Of a DNA stretch of 64,000 nt, positions 26,545-35,841 are shown one piece after another. Each line of letters starts with the position of its first letter. The stretch's first letter is position 1. The notes under the pieces are model-generated. The model was given only the letters and a program-made list of their open reading frames with translations, was not told the origin of the DNA and searched no databases. The stretch spans positions 104,681-168,680 of the forward strand of contig DATMXP010000018.1 of the NCBI GenBank assembly GCA_035561515.1, read 5' to 3'. Both the position numbers and the translations under genes were made by a program. Source of the stretch: Terriglobales bacterium (lineage in GTDB: Bacteria > Acidobacteriota > Terriglobia > Terriglobales > Acidobacteriaceae).

Positions 26545-27324
26545 TCACTGCAACCTAGGTTCGACCCCGTGGGAATTCACAAAGGCGAAGTCGGCCGATT
26601 TCGTCTCTTTGGGCCCAATGGTGACCTTCATTTCCTGTTCGCCCATCTTCTCGTGGACGGCTGCGATGGTGTACTCGCCGGGCGGTAACCCCTTGATTTC
26701 AAACCTTCCATCCGGTCCTGTCACGGCAAACAAGGGATTGCTGACGACGTTCAGGTACATGCGCATCCAGGGATGCTGGTTGCACTTCACGGGGATCATG
26801 AGTTCGGGCTTATTGAACGTCTTCTGGATCGGCTGATCATTGGGAAGTTGCGATTCGTTCCACTGCTTGCTGGCCGTCGGCATCGGGTGAATGTTGTGAG
26901 TGGTTTGGTCGGCATTGATGATCTGGACTGGTTGACCGGCGACGATACCCATCACATGCGGGGTGTAACGGCAATTCTGCTGGGTGATCTTTGCGACCGT
27001 GGACACCGCGGGGAACGAACGGCCTTCCAGTCCCTTCTTCACGTAAATGAAGGCATTCGCCAGGGCACCATTGCTGACAACAAAAGACTCGTCAAAATTC
27101 GGCTTGTTGCCGCAGGCGGGATCCTGTGACATGTCGATTTGCTGAGCTTTGGGTAGCGTACCCGAGAACTTCACGTTTCCGGAGATGCTTCCCGCAGTTG
27201 CCGGGTCGATGGGTGTGAGCCCGGCTTGAGGCTGACTGGTGGCTGATGTTGATTCACTCTTTGAATTGCAGGCGCTGAGCGCCACGAGCAACAGTATCGA
27301 GCAGAAGAAGACTGTGATTCGCAT
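26545..27324 (-). CDS. Lipoprotein with a cupredoxin-like (type-1 Cu) domain and a CarboxypepD_reg-like C-terminal domain
   Basis: Lipobox LVALSACN. HN motif QTTHNIHP plus CxxHxxM motif VKCNQHPWMRMY (amicyanin-like ligand spacing). C-terminal GPDGRFEIKGLPPGEYTIAAV. Confidence 0.55.
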   Translation of the reverse strand: MRITVFFCSILLLVALSACNSKSESTSATSQPQAGLTPIDPATAGSISGNVKFSGTLPKAQQIDMSQDPACGNKPNFDESFVVSNGALANAFIYVKKGLEGRSFPAVSTVAKITQQNCRYTPHVMGIVAGQPVQIINADQTTHNIHPMPTASKQWNESQLPNDQPIQKTFNKPELMIPVKCNQHPWMRMYLNVVSNPLFAVTGPDGRFEIKGLPPGEYTIAAVHEKMGEQEMKVTIGPKETKSADFAFVNSHGVEPRLQ

Positions 27325-27345
27325 TGCACATCGATTGTAATTCGC

Positions 27346-28161
27346 CTAACGCAGAACAGCGATGCCGGCGTATCCGACTACGGCGTCGCGATCTCCTGAG
27401 ACGTCTCCGGAGGTTGCGTAGCGGATTAGCTCCGCCGAGGTTGAACCCAGCCTTTTGGCAGCTGTAAGCATTGCGATAGTGGGTCCGAAGCCGCACATTG
27501 TGACATTCTCTCGGAGCACGACGTCGTAAAGGCCCTTTGTGTCGAGAGCAAGGACGCGATCGATGGCCCGGCGGTCTTTTACGCGAGTGGTGGAGTCCGC
27601 TTCGTAGTGATTCATGTCGCTGGAGGCGATGATCATGACAGGTTCGGCGTTGCGCGAGAGCACGGTACCAATGGCGTCTCCGAGTTCGACGAGTTGTTCG
27701 TAGCGGCTGGTACCTACGGTGATCGGTACGAAGGAAAAGTTGGGGACCAAGGCCTGCAAGAAGGGAAGTTGGACTTCGAGCGCGTGCTCGTGACGCTGGG
27801 ACTCAAGGTCTTCTGTCAACAATGGTGTCGCAGATTTGAGTTCGGCGGCGAGACGGGTGTCGATCTCGATTTCTCCCAACGGGGTGAGCCAACGCCCTTC
27901 GCTCATGATGGCGAGAGGGGCTCCATAGCCGGTGTGGTTGGGGCACATGATGATAAAGCGAGAGGGAAGGTTCAGGCGTCCATACACAGCACCAGCGACC
28001 TGCCCGGAGTACATGTATCCGGCGTGAGGAGCGACGCAGCCGATGGCGTTCAACTTGTTGCCGCTGACATTGGTGTAGGAACGAACAGCTCGGAGGAGAG
28101 TCTCCGCGCTTCCGGGATAGAACTGACCCGCGACGGCAGGCATACGAACATGGACGTTCAT
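27346..28161 (-). CDS. amrB: AmmeMemoRadiSam system protein B (MEMO1 family)
   Basis: PAVAGQFYPG and CVAPHAGYMYSG. SD AGGAG lies 9 nt before ATG 28161; the alternative ATG at 28194 lacks an SD. Confidence 0.8.
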   Translation of the reverse strand: MNVHVRMPAVAGQFYPGSAETLLRAVRSYTNVSGNKLNAIGCVAPHAGYMYSGQVAGAVYGRLNLPSRFIIMCPNHTGYGAPLAIMSEGRWLTPLGEIEIDTRLAAELKSATPLLTEDLESQRHEHALEVQLPFLQALVPNFSFVPITVGTSRYEQLVELGDAIGTVLSRNAEPVMIIASSDMNHYEADSTTRVKDRRAIDRVLALDTKGLYDVVLRENVTMCGFGPTIAMLTAAKRLGSTSAELIRYATSGDVSGDRDAVVGYAGIAVLR

Positions 28162-28221
28162 AGTCCTACTCCTGATGACAACATTATCCGACACCTGGTT
28201 AGGATGTGCGCGGGAATATGT

Positions 28222-29133
28222 TCAAGATGCGGCGGCGACGAGGCTCAAGCGGTTGAACAGCTTCGCCGCTTGCTCAAGGGTGATGGCCTCGGCGCGGACG
28301 TCTTCCTTCAGGCCAGCAGCTTTCATGGCGGCCTTCAGGTCCGGATAGTGCGACTTGAGGTTGTTAGCCAGAGTCTTGCGTTTTTGCCCGAATGAATGCT
28401 TCAGGAACTCGATGAATTCTTTTTCAGGGACGCCAAGTTGTTCGAATCGCGGGGCCGTCTCAAACCGCAGAACCATGGAATGGACTTTCGGCGGGGGATT
28501 GAAGGCGCCCGGCGGCAACGTGAGTATTTTTTCGACGTGGGTATAGAGTTGGGCAGTCGCGGAGAGGAGCCCGTAATCGCTGGTGCCGGGTTTCGCGAGA
28601 ATGCGGTCGGCAACTTCCTTCTGCATCATGAGCACAAAGCGATCGAAATGCTTGTGACAGTCGAAGAGTTTTAGAAGAATATCGGAAGTGATGTAGTACG
28701 GGATATTGCCAACGACGCGGGCGGTTTTGACGGGACTTCCGGGCGTACGGTCGGTGAGGAGCCCGGGCTTGTGCCCAAGGAGTGTGGGGATCTCGATGCG
28801 AAGGAAGTCGCCTTCGACGACTTCAAGAGTCTCGAGGCGGCTGTACTTAAGGCGCATCTGGGCAGCGAGGACGTGGTCGAGTTCAATGACGATGAGTCGT
28901 CCGGCGCGCTTGAGCAGGAGTTCGGTAATGGCTCCGCGGCCGGGCCCGATCTCGATCACGGTTTCACCCGATATATCGCCGAGGGCTTCGACGATGGTTT
29001 CCGCGGCCTTGTGATCGGCAAGGAAGTGCTGGCCGAGTTTCGGCTTGCGAGATTTCATGCCGCTGCTCTCTGCATGTTTGCTGCTGACCTTCACAGATAT
29101 TGTAGAGGCATTGACCCTTGTTTCCTTCGGCAT
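28222..29133 (-). CDS. rsmA: 16S rRNA (adenine1518/1519-N6)-dimethyltransferase
   Basis: KLGQHFLADHKAAETIV and VIEIGPGRGAITELL. A strong SD AAGGGAG precedes ATG 29133; an internal ATG at 29058 is an alternative start. Confidence 0.9.
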   Translation of the reverse strand: MPKETRVNASTISVKVSSKHAESSGMKSRKPKLGQHFLADHKAAETIVEALGDISGETVIEIGPGRGAITELLLKRAGRLIVIELDHVLAAQMRLKYSRLETLEVVEGDFLRIEIPTLLGHKPGLLTDRTPGSPVKTARVVGNIPYYITSDILLKLFDCHKHFDRFVLMMQKEVADRILAKPGTSDYGLLSATAQLYTHVEKILTLPPGAFNPPPKVHSMVLRFETAPRFEQLGVPEKEFIEFLKHSFGQKRKTLANNLKSHYPDLKAAMKAAGLKEDVRAEAITLEQAAKLFNRLSLVAAAS

Positions 29134-29220
29134 TTAGACTCCCTTTGCCCATTCGGATTGCGGCGAACTGCGTGATCTGAGTGGAGGTCTGTTGTCGGTA
29201 TCAAGAGAGGAAATCCCTCG

Positions 29221-30684
29221 ATGCACATCGTATTTGCGGCATCCGAGTGTGTTCCTTTCGCAAAGACTGGCGGCCTGGCGGACGTAGTCGGCGCCCTGCC
29301 GCCGGAACTAGCGAAACTCGGCCACCAAGTAACGGTCTTCTTACCTCGTTATAAACAGACAAAAATTCCCACCGATGCGAAAACTGTAATCCCCAGCCTG
29401 ACAGTTCCTTTTGACGACAAATACCGGTTCTGCTCGGTGATCGACGGCGGGACCCACTCTCACGTGCAATTCTACTTTATCGAGTACGCGCCGTTCTTCG
29501 ATCGCGAGGCGCTTTATGGGACGTCGCTGGGAGACTACCGCGACAATGCTGAACGATTTGCACTGTACTGCCGGGCGGTTCTGGAAGCATGCAAGATCCT
29601 GGGAGTGCCCGATATCTTCCACTGCCACGACTGGCAGAGCGCGCTGATTCCGGCATTGCTGCGCAGCATTTACGAAGAAGATCCGGTGCTGGAGAAGGCG
29701 TCTACGGTATTCACGATCCACAACATCGGATACCAAGGTGTGTTTCCGGCGGACACGCTTCCGCTGCTGATGCTTCCGTGGGACTTATTCACGATCGGGA
29801 AACTGGAGTTCTACGGAAAAGTGAACCTGTTGAAAGGGGCGATCGTCTTCGCCGATTACGTGACGACGGTGAGCAGGAAATATGCGGCGGAGATTCAGAC
29901 CTCGGAGTTTGGGTTCGGATTGGAAGGCGTGTTGAAGGCGAGATCGGCGACGCTGAGCGGGATTCTGAATGGTGTCGACTACGGAGAGTGGAATCCGGAG
30001 ACGGACAAGTTCATTGCGGTGAACTACTCACACGATGATGTCCGCGGAAAGCTGCAATGCAAGAAGGACCTGCTGGCGCAATTCGGCGTGACTCAGTTTG
30101 ATCCGAAGGTGCCGGTGATCGGAATCGTGTCGCGGTTCGCATCGCAGAAGGGGTTTGACCTGATTTCGCAGGCTGCAGACAGACTTGCTGCGGAAGAGAT
30201 GATCGTGACGGTGCTGGGCAGCGGCGATAAAGATTACGAAGACCTGCTGCGACGATTGAACCGGATGTTTCCGCAGAAGATTGCGGTGAAAGTAGCTTAC
30301 GACAACAAGCTTGCCCACAAGATCGAAGCTGGCGCAGACATGTTCCTGATGCCGTCTCGATATGAGCCGTGCGGGTTGAACCAGATCTACAGCATGCGAT
30401 ATGGAACGGTGCCGATTGTGCGGGCGACCGGTGGCCTGGACGACACGGTGGAAGCATGGGATCCGCGAACGGGTAAGGGAACGGGTTTCAAGTTCAGCGA
30501 ATATACCGGCGACGCGATGATGACCGCCGTACACAATGCGGTGCTGGCATTCAAAGACCAGGCGAACTGGAAGAAGTTGATGCTGAACGGGATGACGAAA
30601 GAGTTTTCCTGGGGTCAGTCAGCACGAGAGTACGTAAAGGTTTACGACAAGGTGCTTCAACTACATACGGCTTTGCAGAGTTAG
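29221..30684 (+). CDS. glgA: Glycogen synthase (ADP-glucose type)
   Basis: MHIVFAASECVPFAKTGGLADVVGALP, with the GT5 pattern throughout. Confidence 0.9.
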   Translation: MHIVFAASECVPFAKTGGLADVVGALPPELAKLGHQVTVFLPRYKQTKIPTDAKTVIPSLTVPFDDKYRFCSVIDGGTHSHVQFYFIEYAPFFDREALYGTSLGDYRDNAERFALYCRAVLEACKILGVPDIFHCHDWQSALIPALLRSIYEEDPVLEKASTVFTIHNIGYQGVFPADTLPLLMLPWDLFTIGKLEFYGKVNLLKGAIVFADYVTTVSRKYAAEIQTSEFGFGLEGVLKARSATLSGILNGVDYGEWNPETDKFIAVNYSHDDVRGKLQCKKDLLAQFGVTQFDPKVPVIGIVSRFASQKGFDLISQAADRLAAEEMIVTVLGSGDKDYEDLLRRLNRMFPQKIAVKVAYDNKLAHKIEAGADMFLMPSRYEPCGLNQIYSMRYGTVPIVRATGGLDDTVEAWDPRTGKGTGFKFSEYTGDAMMTAVHNAVLAFKDQANWKKLMLNGMTKEFSWGQSAREYVKVYDKVLQLHTALQS

Positions 30685-30699
30685 TTTGAAAAGTAGAAT

Positions 30700-30719
30700 G
30701 GGACCGCCCTAGCGGTCCC
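30700..30719. terminator. Hairpin between convergent glgA and PilZ genes (GGGACCGC-ccta-GCGGTCCC)
   Basis: 8-bp perfect stem. The T-rich run lies only on the minus-strand side. Confidence 0.4.
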
Positions 30720-30738
30720 GATCAATGCCGTCATCGGC

Positions 30739-31083
30739 CTAAGCGTTGGCCGAGATCGTGTCTTCCAGGCGCTCGTAGCTCTCAAGCACGGCGGCTACTC
30801 CGAACCGATTTCCGACTTCGGTCTTTTCCACACGAAGCACGCGCGCCTTGCAACGAACCCATGTGTCTTCCGCGGGAGAGGGTCCGGGCATCGGAAATAC
30901 GAGTTCAAGGTCCGAGCCTTCCGCCACGCGGTTGCTCAGGTACATGAATACTCCACGCGCACTGACGTCGCGCGTCTGAGCTTCCAGATCCTGCACCGAG
31001 CCGTCGTGGTTCTTTACATTGACAGAAACCTTGGCGGGAATCCGTTTGTCACGCCGATGGTCTTCTTTTGGGTTGCTACCCAT
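30739..31083 (-). CDS. PilZ domain protein (putative c-di-GMP receptor)
   Basis: RxxxR motif RRDKR and D/NxSxxG motif DVSARG. SD GGAGA. Confidence 0.7.
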   Translation of the reverse strand: MGSNPKEDHRRDKRIPAKVSVNVKNHDGSVQDLEAQTRDVSARGVFMYLSNRVAEGSDLELVFPMPGPSPAEDTWVRCKARVLRVEKTEVGNRFGVAAVLESYERLEDTISANA

Positions 31084-31175
31084 TCAATCTCCGCGTCGCA
31101 GAGGTGCTGTGATGCAATTCGAAAGCTTATGCGACTCAGTACCGTTTTACAACGACGGAAGGACAAAATTTGGCC

Positions 31176-32561
31176 CTAGAGATGGGTGCGACTCTGGCGG
31201 GAAAAGTAGGAATAAACAGGGATTCCAGCCAGAATTACCGCGGTTGCTACCAGGGAATTCACCAGTTTGGCCTGGAACGTGTAAACGAGTACGACGGCGG
31301 CGGCCAAGATAAAGAGGGCCGGAACAACGGGATAACCCCAGGTCTTGTAGGGGCGAGGAGCATCGGGGTTACGTTTGCGGAAGATGAAGATCGAACTGGC
31401 GGCTAAAAGGTAGAACAACCATTCCGGGTACAACGCGAGCGAGAACAACTGCTGGAAATTGCCCCCGAGAACGACGAGCAAACTGGCGAGCACGGCTTGA
31501 ACGATGACGGAGTTGGAGGGCGTCCGAAAACGGGGATGGACTTTCGCAAGGAAGTGGAAGAAGTAGCCGTCGCGGGAGAGAGCGAACGGAATTCGGGCGC
31601 CCGTCATGCTGCTTCCGTTCAAGGTCACGAGCATTGAGAGAGCCATGCCGGCGGAGACGAGACCCGCGCCGAACGAACCCCAGGCAATCGCCATGGCTTC
31701 CGATGCAGGCCGGGGCGAGGCGGCGATCGCATTGGCGGGCATGACGAACTGAACAGCGGCGTTCACGCCCATATAAAGAAGTCCCACAATAGCGACCCCA
31801 GCGATGAGGGCGATGGGCAGGCTGCGTTGCGGCTCCTTGATTTCGCTGGAAACGTTGGTGACGAGGTTCCATCCGTCGTAGGCCCAGAGCGCGGCGATGA
31901 GCGCAGTCATGAAGCCGCCGAATCCGCCGAGGGCGGCACCATAGCGGGTGCCGAGGTTCGCCCACGCACCTTGGGAGTAAGTGAATCCGCCGACGATGAT
32001 GCTGGCGATCATGACAACTTTCAGGATGGTGAAGAAAAGCTGGAACTCGCCAGCCTTCTTTACGCCAATGTAGTTCAGAATCGCGATCGCTGTGATAGCG
32101 CCAACAGCGACGAGATGTCCGAAGGTGACCTGAATGGGTGCGGTGATGATCGGGTTCGGCAGAAAGGAGAGCGGAGCGAAGGTCCCAATGATACGCACGA
32201 AACCAGTGACGATGGTTGCCAACGAGGCAGGCTTGGCGATCAGGAAGTAGGTCCAGCCGTAGAGAAAGCCGCCGAGCGGGCCGATGCCGTCGCGAACATA
32301 TACGTATTCGCCACCGGCTTCGGGCTTCATGGCACCGAGTTCGGCGTAGGTGAGGGCACCGAAGAAGGAAAGAAGTCCGCCGACGATCCAGGCGAGATAG
32401 ACCAGCCCGGAGGAGCCGACGGCCTGCATCATTTCCGACGGGACGAGAAAGATGCCACTGCCGATGATGGTGCCGACGACAATGGCCGTGGCATGGCTGA
32501 CTTTCAAGTCGCGCGCCAGATCAAGAGCGCGTGTGCTGGCTTCAGGCGCCGGCCTGTGCAT
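31176..32561 (-). CDS. APC-family amino acid permease
   Basis: SHATAIVVGTIIGSGIFLVP and about 12 TM helices. ATG 32561 is preceded by GAGGATAGGAAGG; a GTG at 32576 is possible. Confidence 0.8.
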   Translation of the reverse strand: MHRPAPEASTRALDLARDLKVSHATAIVVGTIIGSGIFLVPSEMMQAVGSSGLVYLAWIVGGLLSFFGALTYAELGAMKPEAGGEYVYVRDGIGPLGGFLYGWTYFLIAKPASLATIVTGFVRIIGTFAPLSFLPNPIITAPIQVTFGHLVAVGAITAIAILNYIGVKKAGEFQLFFTILKVVMIASIIVGGFTYSQGAWANLGTRYGAALGGFGGFMTALIAALWAYDGWNLVTNVSSEIKEPQRSLPIALIAGVAIVGLLYMGVNAAVQFVMPANAIAASPRPASEAMAIAWGSFGAGLVSAGMALSMLVTLNGSSMTGARIPFALSRDGYFFHFLAKVHPRFRTPSNSVIVQAVLASLLVVLGGNFQQLFSLALYPEWLFYLLAASSIFIFRKRNPDAPRPYKTWGYPVVPALFILAAAVVLVYTFQAKLVNSLVATAVILAGIPVYSYFSRQSRTHL

Positions 32562-34050
32562 CCTTCCTATCCTCACCCGTAAAAAGACTCACCACAAGAC
32601 CTACGGTGAACGTTACCACCGATCCGATCATCACGTACCAGGTAAACGGAATCGTGGTGAATTGCCAGATGTAGAGGTTCAGCATGAATCCGACGAACAG
32701 TCCGACCATGGCTCCGCGTTCGTTGGCGCGCTTGGTGAGAACGCCGAGGAGAAAGACCCCGAGCAGTGCACCGTAGGCGACAGAGGCAATGGCCAGGCCG
32801 ACTTCCACGACGACCTTGATGTTGCGAGACATGATGGCGAGGGCGAACAGGATCAGCGCCCAGATGACGGTGGATACCCGCGAGAGCTTCATGCGTTTCG
32901 CTTCACTGGTTTCCGGGTGCCGGCGAACGTAGAAATCGACGATGGAACTCGATGACAAGGAGTTGAGTGCGGCGCTTAGATTGGACATGGCCGCGGCAAG
33001 AATCGCCGCGATGAGAATGCCGGAAATTCCATGTGGCATGTGCTGCACGATGAAAGTGGGGAATATCTCGTCGAAGGATGCGAACTTCTGACCGGACGCT
33101 GCAGTGTTGTAGTAAGCGAAGAGCAGGATTCCGACGAGGAGGAAGAACGTGAACTGCATCAGTACGGCGAAGCCGCTGGAAATAAGAGCGACTTTGGACT
33201 GGCGCTCGGTACGGGCGGCGAGCAAGCGCTGCACGATGAGCTGATCGGTGCCATGGCTGGCGGTGGTGAGGAAGGCGCCGCCGATCACACCGGCCCAGAA
33301 CGTGTAGACCTTGAAGAAGTCAGGACTGAAGTCGAAGATGCGGAACTTGTTTCCGGCGCCGGCGAGGGTGGTTACAGTTCCCCATCCACCTGGGACGAGG
33401 TGCAACAGTGTCACGAATCCGACGATCGTGCCGCCGACGTAAATGAACATCTGAACGACATCGGTCCAGATGACGGCCGTCATGCCGCCTTCGAAGGTGT
33501 AGATAAGCGTGAGCAGCGTGACGATTCCGATGGCGATGACATCGCGAGTGAAATCGTCGAATCCGCCGAGTAGGCCTCCGAGAGTAATGCGGACGACGAT
33601 GGCGACGGCGAAGATGCGAACGCCTTCCGCGGCAGCACGGGTGATCAGGAACAAAGAGGCGGTGAGGGAGCGCAGACGGCCGCCGAAACGGCGTTCCATC
33701 AACTGATAGGCGGTGAAGAGTTCGCCACGGAAGTAGTGAGGAATCAGCAGCACGCTGATAATGACGCGGCCCACCACGTATCCCATAACGACTTGCAGGA
33801 AGGTGAGGTCGCCGCGATAGGCGACACCGGGGATACTGATGATGGTGAGGGTGCTGGTTTCCGCGGCAACAATAGATAACGAGATCGCCCACCAGGGAAT
33901 ATTGCGGTCGGCAAGGAAGTAATCCTTGAGGGACCGATCCTTCTTGCGGAACTTCAGTCCAAAGAGCGTGATGCCGACTAGATAGGCGGCAATGATAGTG
34001 AGATCAAGCGCATTTAAGCCCATGTCAGTTTGCAGGGCAGGGTAGCCCAT
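32542..34050 (-). CDS. Sodium:solute symporter (SSS) family transporter
   Basis: DYFLADRNIPWWAISLSIVAAETSTLT and about 13 TM helices. Confidence 0.85.
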   Translation of the reverse strand: MGYPALQTDMGLNALDLTIIAAYLVGITLFGLKFRKKDRSLKDYFLADRNIPWWAISLSIVAAETSTLTIISIPGVAYRGDLTFLQVVMGYVVGRVIISVLLIPHYFRGELFTAYQLMERRFGGRLRSLTASLFLITRAAAEGVRIFAVAIVVRITLGGLLGGFDDFTRDVIAIGIVTLLTLIYTFEGGMTAVIWTDVVQMFIYVGGTIVGFVTLLHLVPGGWGTVTTLAGAGNKFRIFDFSPDFFKVYTFWAGVIGGAFLTTASHGTDQLIVQRLLAARTERQSKVALISSGFAVLMQFTFFLLVGILLFAYYNTAASGQKFASFDEIFPTFIVQHMPHGISGILIAAILAAAMSNLSAALNSLSSSSIVDFYVRRHPETSEAKRMKLSRVSTVIWALILFALAIMSRNIKVVVEVGLAIASVAYGALLGVFLLGVLTKRANERGAMVGLFVGFMLNLYIWQFTTIPFTWYVMIGSVVTFTVGLVVSLFTGEDRKDAQAGA

Positions 34051-34162
34051 TCGGCAGGTGGGTGTCTAGGAAACCGGCAAGCGGATGAAGGTAATCACCC
34101 GGCGTACATCGGTCGCCGACCCTATGTGGTAACAGCCTTCCTTGTGATAGAACTACGCTACG

Positions 34163-35089
34163 ATGCCCCTTTATCTCGGGATTGACGGCGGAGGCACAAA
34201 AACGACTTGTGCCATCGGGGACGACGCATCTGTGTATGCGGTCGCGAACTCATCTGGCAGCAACATCATTCGGCTCGGCGAAGACAAAGCGCGTGACGCA
34301 TTGCAATCGGTGATCATGGAAGCCTGCGATGTGGCGGGAGTTGACCCGCGCGAAATTACGACGGCTTGCGTCGGTGCAGCGGGAGCAGCGAACCCACAGG
34401 TCAACGCGAAGATTACGCAGATTGTCCGGCAGCTTCTGCCAAAAGCAGATGTGGTGGTAGTGGGTGACATGGTGATCGCCATGGAAGCGACGCTGCACTC
34501 GCAACCGGGAGTGATTGCGATCGCGGGGACTGGGTCAATCGCGTACGGACGCAACGCTCAGGGCGACACGGCGCGCGCAGGCGGTTGGGGTCATGCGATT
34601 TCAGACGAAGGCTCGGGACAGTGGATAGGGCGAACAGCTATTGCTGAAGTGATGCATGCGTGCGACGCAGGCCGCGAAACGGTGCTGTTGGAGCGCGTAC
34701 TAAACACATGGAACCTGGGCACGCGAGATGACCTTATTCGTCATGTGAATGGGACGAAGCCACCGAGTTTCGCAGAGCTGTTCCCGGTGGTTCAGAAATC
34801 CGCCGACGACAAGGACGAGGTGGCGGTTGACGTACTTTCTCGCGCGGGAAAGGAATTGGCGAAGCTGGCTTTGATCGTGGTCCGTAGGCTTTGGAAGCCG
34901 GAAGAGCTTGTGCGGATTGGAGTGGCCGGTGGGATCTTCGCCCATTCGTCGCAGGTACGAAGAGCTTTTTACAACACGATTCGGCGTGGATGGGAGCGAA
35001 CGTCGGTCTGCTTCAAGATCGTTGATCCGGTGATCGGGGCACTTTGGCTGGCACGCAAGCAGGTGCCTGCTGCCGGAGCGAAGAAATGA
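34163..35089 (+). CDS. BadF/BadG/BcrA/BcrD-type ATPase, N-acetylglucosamine-kinase-like sugar kinase
   Basis: LGIDGGGTKTTCAIGD, IAIAGTGSIAYG and GGWGHAISDEGSG. Confidence 0.75.
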   Translation: MPLYLGIDGGGTKTTCAIGDDASVYAVANSSGSNIIRLGEDKARDALQSVIMEACDVAGVDPREITTACVGAAGAANPQVNAKITQIVRQLLPKADVVVVGDMVIAMEATLHSQPGVIAIAGTGSIAYGRNAQGDTARAGGWGHAISDEGSGQWIGRTAIAEVMHACDAGRETVLLERVLNTWNLGTRDDLIRHVNGTKPPSFAELFPVVQKSADDKDEVAVDVLSRAGKELAKLALIVVRRLWKPEELVRIGVAGGIFAHSSQVRRAFYNTIRRGWERTSVCFKIVDPVIGALWLARKQVPAAGAKK

Positions 35090-35841
35090 ATCCAGGGACT
35101 CAGCGCGCGCCAGACTCCAATTTCGCGCTGATCGAGCGGTTGCTGCACAGCCACTCGGAGGATGATCTTCGCGCTGTCGCCTCGAATCCGCACCTGACAG
35201 AGGACCTTGCGAAGGCATTTCTCGCCCGTCGTGATCTGCCCGGTACGGCGTTGCAGGACCTTTCCAAGAATGCGAACGCCATGAAGAACCGGGCTGTGAT
35301 CGTGGGCATCGTGTCGCATCCGCGAACGCCAAGATTCGTGTCGCTGCCAGTGGCGCGGCATCTGTTTCCGTTCGAACTTATGACGGTGGCCATGCAACCG
35401 GCGGTTCCCGCCGATGTGAAAATGGCGATCGAACATATCCTGGTGGACAAGGTGGAACAGCTTTCGCTCGGAGAACGGATCACGCTTGCGAAGCGCGGTC
35501 CAACGCGGGTGGCAGAGGCGCTTCTCCGGGACAAGGAATTACGGGTTGTTGAGACGGCCCTGCTGAATCCATACCTGGTTGAGGCGTGCATCATTCGCAC
35601 ACTGATGCAAGATGAGATCGACATACGGTTCGTGGAGATGATCGCAAGGCATCCGAAGTGGAGTTTACGAACCGACGTGAGATGCGCATTGCTGCGGAAC
35701 GCAAACACTCCGATGGCGGTAGCGCTACAACTGGCACACACGTTGCCTGCGGATGTTGCGCGGGACGCGCTCTTCCATTCGAACCTGCCGCAGAGCGTAA
35801 AGACTTACCTGATGGCGGAAATTCAACACCGCGCGCGTTAA
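35086..35841 (+). CDS. Helical repeat protein (leucine-rich-repeat-variant/HEAT-like), function unknown
   Basis: Recurring NP(H/R)(L/T)P-type repeat starts (SNPHLTEDLAKAF, SHPRTPRFVSL, LLNPYLVEACI, RNANTPMAVALQL). ATGA overlap with the upstream stop. Confidence 0.5.
   Translation: MNPGTQRAPDSNFALIERLLHSHSEDDLRAVASNPHLTEDLAKAFLARRDLPGTALQDLSKNANAMKNRAVIVGIVSHPRTPRFVSLPVARHLFPFELMTVAMQPAVPADVKMAIEHILVDKVEQLSLGERITLAKRGPTRVAEALLRDKELRVVETALLNPYLVEACIIRTLMQDEIDIRFVEMIARHPKWSLRTDVRCALLRNANTPMAVALQLAHTLPADVARDALFHSNLPQSVKTYLMAEIQHRAR

Noticed and set aside
22901-28395. Long plus-strand ORFs 22901..23917, 25437..26468 and 27607..28395
   Set aside because: They are antisense to the ABC, ctaA and amrB/rsmA genes, all of which have unambiguous motifs. 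The translations are highly charged or His/Arg-rich.
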